Shown: positions 9,009 to 16,559 of the stretch, piece after piece
How the letters are laid out: the number at the start of each line of letters is the position of its first letter
Numbering within the stretch: the stretch's first letter is position 1
Assembly (NCBI GenBank): GCA_964518565.1
Contig: CAZFGX010000001.1
Location: 864,568-903,552, forward strand
Length of the DNA: 38,985 nucleotides
Direction: 5' to 3'
Source of the DNA: an uncultured Gammaproteobacteria bacterium
GTDB taxonomy: Bacteria > Patescibacteriota > Microgenomatia > CAZETR01 > Amesbacteraceae
Position numbers and translations under genes: made by a program
Notes under the pieces: model-generated
The model's input: the letters and a program-made list of their open reading frames with translations, nothing else
What the model was told of the DNA's origin: nothing
Database searches by the model: none

Positions 9009-9203
9009 TTAAATAACAATTCCTCCTGGACATCGAAATACTGATTTTAATTGAGCTTCAATTACAGATCCATCTGAAGCAACAAATCCATCATCCATTT
9101 CAAATTGATACGAACATGGCCAATCAAAAAATAGACTAGAAACAAAAATACTTATAACAATTAGTACAGTAATAACGATGATGAACAATATTCTTTTATT
9201 CAT
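9009..9203 (-). CDS. small membrane/secreted protein (64 aa) lying between the two transketolase halves
   Basis: Its ATG overlaps the end of the N-terminal transketolase gene by 8 nt. N-terminal TM (ILFIIVITVLIVISIFV) followed by a 2-Cys tail. No family recognised. Confidence 0.5.
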   Translation of the reverse strand: MNKRILFIIVITVLIVISIFVSSLFFDWPCSYQFEMDDGFVASDGSVIEAQLKSVFRCPGGIVI

Positions 9204-10032
9204 GTTCAGATTTTATTTTCCCATCTAAAGTTCGCAGTTGCTCCAATGCTTTTGCCCCTTCTTCTTTATTAGGCGGCTTACCATGCCATTCATATTTCCA
9301 TTCCATAAAATCTACTCCCTTTCCTGGAATCGTATGCGCAATAATTACCGTGGGGTTTTCAAATATGGATCTAGCTTTATATAGCGCTGCCCGGATGTCT
9401 TCCATATTATGCCCATCCACTTCAATGACACTCCAATTAAACGCTTTAAATTTATCAGCTAGTGGCTCCAGCGGCATAATATCTTCAGTAAATCCATCGA
9501 TCTGAATATTGTTTCGATCCACAATCGCCGTCAGCGTATGCAAATTGAGTTTTCCTGCCAACATAATCGCTTCCCAGTTTTGCCCTTCATTTAGTTCTCC
9601 ATCCCCTAGCATACACACCACTCGCCACGCCTTTTTATCCATTTTAGCGGCCAAACACTGACCAATCGCCTGACTCATCCCTTGCCCCAATGGCCCACCC
9701 GTATTTTCCACCCCAGGCAAGGCTTTGTAATGTGGATGTCCTTGCAGACGCGTCCCGAGTTTACGTAGACTCAATGCTTCCTCTTTGGGAAAATACCCGG
9801 CCTGTGCCAGAGTCGCATACCACACTGGACAAATGTGTGCATTGGACAAGATCACTCGATCCCGATTTGGATTCCACGGGTCCTTGCCATCCAAATGCAA
9901 TGCTCCCGAAAAATACATTGCCGCAAACACATCTGCCATTCCCAATGGTCCAGCACTATGTCCACTCCCCGCCGCGAGCAACATCTCAATAATAGTTTTT
10001 CGTATCTCGTTGGCAGTTTGTTCCAGCGTCAT
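9196..10032 (-). CDS. transketolase, N-terminal (thiamine-diphosphate-binding) subunit
   Basis: GSGHSAGPLGMADV and the TPP-binding motif GDGELNEGQNWEA. 278 aa. Confidence 0.92.
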   Translation of the reverse strand: MTLEQTANEIRKTIIEMLLAAGSGHSAGPLGMADVFAAMYFSGALHLDGKDPWNPNRDRVILSNAHICPVWYATLAQAGYFPKEEALSLRKLGTRLQGHPHYKALPGVENTGGPLGQGMSQAIGQCLAAKMDKKAWRVVCMLGDGELNEGQNWEAIMLAGKLNLHTLTAIVDRNNIQIDGFTEDIMPLEPLADKFKAFNWSVIEVDGHNMEDIRAALYKARSIFENPTVIIAHTIPGKGVDFMEWKYEWHGKPPNKEEGAKALEQLRTLDGKIKSEHE

Positions 10033-10034
10033 AT

Positions 10035-10661
10035 CTACAACTCAAATGGCTGCTCGGCCGGATTAAACACTTTGTGATCGTGTGACAACATATACTCAAA
10101 CATATCCAAAGACCGCACCACATCTTCTGGACTATTGGCCACTCGATATACTTGAAATTCTTCTGGTCGCATCCGCATATTTGCCAAAAAAGTCGCCATG
10201 ATATTTTCCCAAAACTTACCATACAACACCAATGGTTTGTGATGTCCAAAATATAGTCTCGCCAGTCCCCATGCCATCCCAAACTCCGAAATCGTCCCTG
10301 TACCACCTTTAAATATTACATATGCTTGGCCCACTTCCAGCAGTTTCAACGTTCTCGCCAAATAATTATCCGCCTTTATTTCTTCATCAAACTGATTATT
10401 TTTATCCCGTCCTTCAAAATTTGCCACATCTTTAGGGTAAAACGTCACTCCCACTGTTTTCCCACCAACAGATTTTGCCCCTTCTGTCGTTGCCCGCATG
10501 ACCCCAGGTCCACCTCCATTAGCCACAATATATCCTGCCTTAGCCAATGCCTTCCCTACTTCATACGCTTCTTTAAAAAGTGGGTCTTCAGGTGTTGCAT
10601 CAGCAAATCCCAAACATGCCACCGTCTGAATGATTCGTTCTTTTTTTACTTCCTCAGGCAT
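10035..10661 (-). CDS. LOG-family protein (TIGR00730-type; nucleotide 5'-monophosphate nucleosidase / lysine-decarboxylase-like)
   Basis: GGGPGVMRATTEGA and KGGTGTISEF (the PGGxGTxxE motif). 208 aa. Confidence 0.87.
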   Translation of the reverse strand: MPEEVKKERIIQTVACLGFADATPEDPLFKEAYEVGKALAKAGYIVANGGGPGVMRATTEGAKSVGGKTVGVTFYPKDVANFEGRDKNNQFDEEIKADNYLARTLKLLEVGQAYVIFKGGTGTISEFGMAWGLARLYFGHHKPLVLYGKFWENIMATFLANMRMRPEEFQVYRVANSPEDVVRSLDMFEYMLSHDHKVFNPAEQPFEL

Positions 10662-11247
10662 TGTTCCATGTTAACACTCTTTTTGCTCCCACTGCCACCA
10701 TGTCAGCACCGGCTGCTTCCAACATAGGCAAATGCTCTTGTTCTACACCACCATCCACACAAATTTGAAAACGAAGATTTTTCTGCTTTCGAATATTTAC
10801 CAATTCTTTCACCTTAGCGACCACTTCCATATCAAATGTTTGCCCACCAAATCCCGGCTCTACCGCCATTAAATTTACCATCGTCAGTTTAGGCAAATGT
10901 GGCTCCAATAATTTGATTGGCGAATGAATATCCAAAGATAGTCCCTTGTAGTCTTCTGGCGTACTTACACTCTCAATTTGTACTGTCACAGTCTTAAACC
11001 CCATTTTCCAAGCCGTTTTTTCCCAAATCAGCACATTGTCCTCCGTCACCATTAAATGCGCGTCAAACTGAATCGGAAAATATGGGATCAAATCCACTTC
11101 CAATGGCTTAATAGTCCAATTATTAGCAAAACTCCCATCGATAAAATCGATCTGCACCCGTTCAAACTTTTTTGCTTGCAAGATCTCTCGCAACAAGCCA
11201 TCCAGTTCAATTACATTGTTCGTCAATACCGCCGGCACCAAAAGCAT
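10654..11247 (-). CDS. rpe: ribulose-phosphate 3-epimerase (short, divergent)
   Basis: IDFIDGSFANN, DAHLMV, MAVEPGFGGQ and CVDGGV, in the canonical Rpe order. 197 aa. Confidence 0.8.
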   Translation of the reverse strand: MLLVPAVLTNNVIELDGLLREILQAKKFERVQIDFIDGSFANNWTIKPLEVDLIPYFPIQFDAHLMVTEDNVLIWEKTAWKMGFKTVTVQIESVSTPEDYKGLSLDIHSPIKLLEPHLPKLTMVNLMAVEPGFGGQTFDMEVVAKVKELVNIRKQKNLRFQICVDGGVEQEHLPMLEAAGADMVAVGAKRVLTWNNA

Positions 11248-11250
11248 AAC

Positions 11251-11550
11251 TTATGGCAGTTGAATAGAATTAATAATGGTTGGAGTTGGTGTCGTCATAT
11301 ATTTTGTGTTTATTATGCTCGGCTCAACTATCACTCGCGTCGCATAAAGTAATGCATATAAAGTAAAAACGATCGGCAACATAATTATCCCACCAAAAGT
11401 CACAATGATCCATTTTTTAATATTTGGCGTTTTCTTCTTCTTAGAAGTTAAACTTATCAGCAACCATATTCCTCCAACTGGCAACCCAATCACCAACCAC
11501 AAAAACGCCACGATTCCCAAAATTCCCAAAAGTAAATTTATAATTATCAT
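11251..11550 (-). CDS. small membrane protein (99 aa), unknown function
   Basis: ATGA overlap with the gap stop. Three hydrophobic helices and a KKKKTPNIKK loop. Confidence 0.55.
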   Translation of the reverse strand: MIIINLLLGILGIVAFLWLVIGLPVGGIWLLISLTSKKKKTPNIKKWIIVTFGGIIMLPIVFTLYALLYATRVIVEPSIINTKYMTTPTPTIINSIQLP

Positions 11551-12662
11551 TGAAACTGCCCACTAATCGGATCAACTGGTAACAAACTTGTATGAATCGT
11601 CTGCCCTACTCGCACCACCTGCTCTACCAACCGAGTTGTATATCCCCACTCATTGTCATACCAAGCTAGCACTTTTATAAAATCCCCATCCACCACTTGA
11701 GTAAATTCTGGATCCACAATAGCACTATAACTACTGCCAATAATATCTGAAGACACCAAATGTTCCGGCACTCCATCCACGCCCGACATTCCCAAAATTC
11801 CTTTATACAGCGGGTGTTGTGTCGCTTCTTTCAATACACTATTCACTTCTTCACGAGTAGTTTTTCTTTCTATCAAAAAAGTAAAATCAGTAATCGAGCC
11901 AGTAATCACAGGCACCCGCAAAGAAATTCCATCAAACAATCCTTTTAATTCAGGAATTACCTCAGTCGTGGCAATTGCCGCACCAGTACTTGTCGGAATC
12001 ACATTCATCCCAGCTGCCCGACCCCGTCGTGGATCTCGATGTGATCCATCTTGAAGCACCTGATCATCGGTATATGCATGTACCGTCGTCATGAGAGCCT
12101 TCGCAATTCGAAATTTCGCATGAATCGCGGCTGCTACAGGCGTAATACAATTTGTCGTACAACTCGCATTAGACAACACCACTCCCTCTTTATAATCACT
12201 TACTCCCAAAACATACGTTCCCACATTTCCCCCCTTAGCCGGTGCCGAAATGACTACTCGTTTTGCGCCAGCCTTAGCATGTTTTTCTGCCCCAGCTTGA
12301 TCAGTAAATTTCCCAGTGGATTCAATGACCACATCCACATTGTATTGAGCCCATGGCAATTTCTCCGGATCTTTTTGTGCCAAAACTGGAATCTTCAAAT
12401 TCATACTTGGTACCACCAAATATCCAATCAGTGGATCAGTATCTGTCGCCTCTTTTGCATTTTTCACTTTCTCAGCCAACACTTCAATCGGAAACTTACG
12501 ATACGTCGTATCTTGGTTTACCAAATGTGCCCAACCATCGACTTCCATCGATCCACTAGTATTAATCGCTACAAATTCCATTTCCGTATGATGTTTCAAT
12601 AGCCCAATCCGAAACGCCAACCGTCCTATCCGACCAAAACCGTTAATCGCTACTTTTGTCAT
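11547..12662 (-). CDS. gap: glyceraldehyde-3-phosphate dehydrogenase, type I
   Basis: INGFGRIGR, the catalytic SNASCTTNC and WYDNEWGY. About 30 extra C-terminal residues. Confidence 0.95.
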   Translation of the reverse strand: MTKVAINGFGRIGRLAFRIGLLKHHTEMEFVAINTSGSMEVDGWAHLVNQDTTYRKFPIEVLAEKVKNAKEATDTDPLIGYLVVPSMNLKIPVLAQKDPEKLPWAQYNVDVVIESTGKFTDQAGAEKHAKAGAKRVVISAPAKGGNVGTYVLGVSDYKEGVVLSNASCTTNCITPVAAAIHAKFRIAKALMTTVHAYTDDQVLQDGSHRDPRRGRAAGMNVIPTSTGAAIATTEVIPELKGLFDGISLRVPVITGSITDFTFLIERKTTREEVNSVLKEATQHPLYKGILGMSGVDGVPEHLVSSDIIGSSYSAIVDPEFTQVVDGDFIKVLAWYDNEWGYTTRLVEQVVRVGQTIHTSLLPVDPISGQFQ

Positions 12663-12666
12663 AAGA

Positions 12667-13548
12667 CTATGCTACCAGTGCTTCAATCCCTGGTAAAGTC
12701 CCCATAGCCAAAAATTCCAGCATCGCCCCACCTCCAACCGAAATCCAATCCATTTGGTCTCTCAATCCAAATGTTTCCAGCGCCGCTTCTGTATCTCCTC
12801 CACCGGCAATTTTAAACGCCTTCGATGTAGCCACTGCTTCAAATACTCGTTTTGTCCCCACACTAGCCGACTCATCTTCATATTTTCCCATCGGCCCAGC
12901 TACCACAATCAAATCCGCCGTAGATATTTTTTTCTCATACTCAGAAATCGTTGTATCTGATAGATCTAGTCCATCTGCCCGCAAATCCACTCCCGGTAAG
13001 AGTCCACCACGCAACACGCCAGCAAAGCTTTGTGTCAATATCTCTGCATACTTCGCTTTATCTCCGGCCTTTGCTCCACCAATTACCAAAATTTTATTCT
13101 GAAATTTAGCGTCTCCTCTTACCTCACTCAACACATCTATTTCTTTTTTACATCTCATACCTGCACAGACTATTTTTCCTTGTTGTTTCATCAGCTGTGG
13201 CAAAGCCACGATCGATGTATGTTTTCTGTGAGAGGTAGCAAATGCCTCATTCACATACACATCAAATCCCAAAGCCAATTCTTTAGCAAATTCATCCGAA
13301 TTCTCTTCTTCTCGCGGATCTGCTCGCAAATCAAAAAACACATCCACTCCTAACTGGTCGACCTGGCCAATGTTGCCTTTATGTCCCAATATCTTAATTC
13401 TCCCCGCTCCCGCTTCTTGCAGCTTCCGTACTATCACCATCGTCGCCTCTTGCCGAGGCGACTGTTCACCTTCCCACTCTAGATCGGCTCGCACCAAAAC
13501 AGATTTATTTTGTACATCTACTGTTTCAACAGACAAAAGATTATCCAT
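12667..13548 (-). CDS. pgk: phosphoglycerate kinase, unusually compact (293 aa)
   Basis: VLVRADLE, NEAFATSHRKHTS, IGGAKAGDK, AGPMGKYE, IAGGGDTEAAL and SVGGGAMLEFL occur in PGK order. The protein is about 100 aa shorter than typical PGKs. Confidence 0.8.
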   Translation of the reverse strand: MDNLLSVETVDVQNKSVLVRADLEWEGEQSPRQEATMVIVRKLQEAGAGRIKILGHKGNIGQVDQLGVDVFFDLRADPREEENSDEFAKELALGFDVYVNEAFATSHRKHTSIVALPQLMKQQGKIVCAGMRCKKEIDVLSEVRGDAKFQNKILVIGGAKAGDKAKYAEILTQSFAGVLRGGLLPGVDLRADGLDLSDTTISEYEKKISTADLIVVAGPMGKYEDESASVGTKRVFEAVATSKAFKIAGGGDTEAALETFGLRDQMDWISVGGGAMLEFLAMGTLPGIEALVA

Positions 13549-14005
13549 GCTTTTCCATTACCTCTTTTTCGTAGCGAGAAATCTTGCCAATTCGTCGAGT
13601 ATATTTTTCAGATTCTACAAACTCTGTTTCCAAAAATGCTTCAACGAGTAAAAACACTTCCTCTTCCGTCAAATTGTCGGCCGCGAGTGCCAACACATTA
13701 ATATTGTCATCTTTACGTGCACAATGTACTTGGTCTACTTCAAACCCCAAGCCACATCGCACCCCCAATTCTTTATTTGCTGTTACATCCATCCCCACTC
13801 CAGAACCACACAACAAAATTCCGCGATGTTTTTGCGGCGCCTTACCTACTCGTTGCGCCACTGCCAATCCAAAATCAACATAGTCATCTTCCCGCTCATA
13901 CTGATATGCACCCATATCTTCAAATTCATATCCCCGGTTTTGGCACCACTGGGCAATTCGCCCTTTCATTTCAAACCCGCGATGATCCGCACCTAAATAA
14001 ATCAT
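13541..14005 (-). CDS. rpiB: ribose-5-phosphate isomerase B
   Basis: IYLGADHRGFEMK and ILLCGSGVGMDVTANK. 154 aa. Confidence 0.92.
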   Translation of the reverse strand: MIYLGADHRGFEMKGRIAQWCQNRGYEFEDMGAYQYEREDDYVDFGLAVAQRVGKAPQKHRGILLCGSGVGMDVTANKELGVRCGLGFEVDQVHCARKDDNINVLALAADNLTEEEVFLLVEAFLETEFVESEKYTRRIGKISRYEKEVMEKHG

Positions 14006-14026
14006 TGTGACTAGATAATAACAGCA

Positions 14027-14533
14027 TTACTTCCCAAGTAAAAGTCTAGCCGGATCTATTGGCAAATTTGCTCCCTGAGCATTCATCAAAAAAATATGCA
14101 TTGTCACTCCAACAAATACCAAATCAACAATCAACCCTGCCAATGCGTAAGAAAACGTAATAAAAAGTAACAAACAAACACTCGTCACGATTGTTTTCAC
14201 CAATTTCGCAAATTGATTCCGATGAACAGCTACGATTCCGCTCGGTAAAACCAACACAAAATCCAGCAAAGTCAACAAATATAGCTGGTTGCGATACGCA
14301 CCCCACACCTTTCTCCCCCAGCTCGAACCACCCACAAACAAATCATTACTTACTCCACCTTGTGCATAAAAATGTTTAAAATATTCAAACACGACATACC
14401 CAATCAATACACAAGTCGCCAAATACAAAAATTTTCTATACCGCCGTTCTCCTGTAACAACAATATCAGCAAAAAAAGTTGCCGGCTTACGCCACCGATA
14501 CAATCTCGGAAACTCCACCGCCCAATCGCTCAT
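14027..14533 (-). CDS. integral membrane protein (168 aa, about 4 TM), unknown function
   Basis: ATG ORF filling the rpiB-tpiA gap. Hydrophobic helices. No family recognised. Confidence 0.6.
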   Translation of the reverse strand: MSDWAVEFPRLYRWRKPATFFADIVVTGERRYRKFLYLATCVLIGYVVFEYFKHFYAQGGVSNDLFVGGSSWGRKVWGAYRNQLYLLTLLDFVLVLPSGIVAVHRNQFAKLVKTIVTSVCLLLFITFSYALAGLIVDLVFVGVTMHIFLMNAQGANLPIDPARLLLGK

Positions 14534-14546
14534 CTAGCTATTGTAA

Positions 14547-15194
14547 CTATTTCCTAAACGCCTCTGCAAGTTTTCTCAGTTCTGCCTCTGGATCTGCAGC
14601 CAACACCACCCCTGATGCCAACAAAACGCCCTTTGCCCCGAGTTTTAATCCCACTTTCACATCCTCCACTGTATGTACTCCCGCTCCGATCAATACAGGT
14701 ACATTTACTGCCTTAACCACTTCTTCAATGACTTCTGGTTTTTCAGTCGCCACAGATTTATCGGTGCTCCCAATCAGCTCTGGCGGTTCATACGCTATAT
14801 AGTCTGGCCCCAATGCAGCCATCAGCTGCGCCTCAGCCACTGTATCTGCGCACAAACATACCTCAAAAGCCATATCACCAATTTTGGCCATCGTCTCTTT
14901 CAATTGTTGTTCAGGCAGCTTATGTTCAGAGTGATTCAGTAGTGTTCCAGAAGCTCCCACCTCTTCCACAGTTTCGACACTCGTCCAGCCAGTATATTTT
15001 CCCATCCCCACCCCGTCCACATGTTGCACCCAACACTCCACTCCTGTTTCTACACATGCCCCCAGATCAGCTTGTTGCACCGCCGCCACCACTCTCACTC
15101 CTGTTTCATCGGTTATTTTTTTACACGTTCGTGCCAAATCCACAGCTTTAAAACCAGTCGCTTCTTGATATGTCTTAAAATTTACAACAATCAT
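14547..15194 (-). CDS. tpiA: triosephosphate isomerase, archaeal-type (215 aa)
   Basis: VNFKTYQEATG, GTLLNHSEHK, DYIAYEPPELIG, LIGAGV and GVLLASGVVLAADPE. Matches the Pyrococcus-type TIM pattern and length, judged from memory. Confidence 0.92.
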   Translation of the reverse strand: MIVVNFKTYQEATGFKAVDLARTCKKITDETGVRVVAAVQQADLGACVETGVECWVQHVDGVGMGKYTGWTSVETVEEVGASGTLLNHSEHKLPEQQLKETMAKIGDMAFEVCLCADTVAEAQLMAALGPDYIAYEPPELIGSTDKSVATEKPEVIEEVVKAVNVPVLIGAGVHTVEDVKVGLKLGAKGVLLASGVVLAADPEAELRKLAEAFRK

Positions 15195-15670
15195 TCCACA
15201 ATCAATTTACCCACCATACCCATTTGTCGATGCTGCCCAACTGAGCAGTAATATTCAAATGTTCCCACCTTATCAGCAACAAACTCAACCATATCCTGTT
15301 CTCCATTTTTAATTTGTTTTGTCTGCGCCTTAAATTCATCAATCACAAAATCATGGAGGCCACCTACATTCTTAAACACCACTACTACTTTTTGCCCTTT
15401 TTTCACTTTGATTTCTGACGGAGCAAAAGCAAAATTAGACCCTTCAACAGTAACGGTCACTGTATTTGTTGCCACATCTGTAGTCATTGCCGAACCACTC
15501 GCCATAGACGTGGTAGGTGAAACCATTGCTTCTGGCGAAGTAGTAGTAGTCATCATTTCATCCCCATCTCCATCAAGATCCAAATCCATAGTATTTTGCT
15601 TGCTCAAATACCAAAATCCCCCAATCCCCAGCACTGCTACGATCAAAATCCCAACAATTGCCACTTTCAT
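15191..15670 (-). CDS. membrane-anchored cupredoxin (plastocyanin/azurin-family type-1 copper protein)
   Basis: N-terminal TM. His ligand in GGLHDFVIDEF and C-terminal YYCSVGQHRQMGMVGKL (Cys-His-Met ligand set). ATG 15670 preferred over TTG 15706. ATGA overlap with tpiA. Confidence 0.8.
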   Translation of the reverse strand: MKVAIVGILIVAVLGIGGFWYLSKQNTMDLDLDGDGDEMMTTTTSPEAMVSPTTSMASGSAMTTDVATNTVTVTVEGSNFAFAPSEIKVKKGQKVVVVFKNVGGLHDFVIDEFKAQTKQIKNGEQDMVEFVADKVGTFEYYCSVGQHRQMGMVGKLIVE

Positions 15671-15709
15671 TCCTCCGACTCTAACAAACAATCTTCCCAC
15701 TTTCAAGTC

Positions 15710-15738
15710 TTGACAAGAATCACTGTGAAAATCAAAAT
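15710..15738 (+). promoter_or_regulatory. candidate promoter (-35 TTGACA, 17-nt spacer, -10 CAAAAT) in front of two plus-strand micro-ORFs
   Basis: Perfect TTGACA at 15710-15715 and CAAAAT at 15733-15738. ATG at 15753. Confidence 0.25.
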
Positions 15739-15752
15739 AGAATTACAACATC

Positions 15753-15848
15753 ATGGAGCATTTACAAATTTTCCGCAGACACTGGCCACTTGCCATCGCA
15801 GCAATCGTCTTTTTACTTGGCAGTCTCCATCACGTTCGCGTCTTTTAA
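15753..15848 (+). CDS. candidate 31-aa hydrophobic micro-protein
   Basis: MEHLQIFRRHWPLAIAAIVFLLGSLHHVRVF. 12 of 31 codons end in C. No other gene explains this DNA. Confidence 0.2.
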   Translation: MEHLQIFRRHWPLAIAAIVFLLGSLHHVRVF

Positions 15849-15849
15849 T

Positions 15850-16002
15850 ATGCACCTCTTTCTCCTCTCTGCCTTTACATTTATCCTAATAGTCGCAGCC
15901 ATGCTTATGACTGACATGCACCGCAAATCACTCCACCAGCCAAAATCCACCTCCGTCATCAAAAAATCCAAATCTAAAACAAAAACAAAGTCTAAGAAAT
16001 AA
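15850..16002 (+). CDS. candidate 50-aa micro-protein (TM helix plus Lys/Ser/Thr-rich tail)
   Basis: MHLFLLSAFTFILIVAAMLMTD...KKSKSKTKTKSKK. Starts 1 nt after the preceding micro-ORF stop. 19 of 50 codons end in C. The ORF track extends it to TTG 15790. Confidence 0.3.
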   Translation: MHLFLLSAFTFILIVAAMLMTDMHRKSLHQPKSTSVIKKSKSKTKTKSKK

Positions 16003-16555
16003 TCACGGTCTTTAGTATTTCTTCAAACGTCCCATCTCCCAACCCTGTCCAAGTAAACACATACACGATATCATCTCTTTTTGCATATGCCACCACTCGA
16101 TCAGTAAATGTCACCAAGGTAAACGACACGCGATTAGTATTCACATAACTGCGATCCTTAATACTCCCAGCATCACGATCCACTAAATCCGACAGATTCA
16201 ATTTAGTCCGCTGCACTGCCACAGTAATCCGGTCAGCAAATCGAACCGCTACCATACGTTTATCCAAAATCAGCCCAGCAGCCAATTTAGGCTGGGGTGT
16301 CACCAACGGATCGATCACAAATTGCCCTTCTGGCTTTATTACCCAAGTCTCAGGCAATCGTAAACGCAGATCTAAATAATCATTTTTATATACCTGAACC
16401 AAATCTGGCTTTACTTCTCTTGGCTGATTATCACTCGGCCCATGACCATAATTTACTGTCTCTTGATATCTCCATACTCGGTAATCATAAATCGAATACC
16501 CCACCCCCAAAGCTAATAATATTGCGCACACACCCCACACAACAAATCGCCTCAT
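15992..16555 (-). CDS. membrane-anchored hypothetical protein (187 aa)
   Basis: ATG 16555 (MRRFVVWGVCAILLALGV...) removes the 29-nt overlap implied by the track start. Signal-anchor followed by a beta-rich soluble domain. No family recognised. Confidence 0.6.
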   Translation of the reverse strand: MRRFVVWGVCAILLALGVGYSIYDYRVWRYQETVNYGHGPSDNQPREVKPDLVQVYKNDYLDLRLRLPETWVIKPEGQFVIDPLVTPQPKLAAGLILDKRMVAVRFADRITVAVQRTKLNLSDLVDRDAGSIKDRSYVNTNRVSFTLVTFTDRVVAYAKRDDIVYVFTWTGLGDGTFEEILKTVIIS

Positions 16556-16559
16556 AAAA

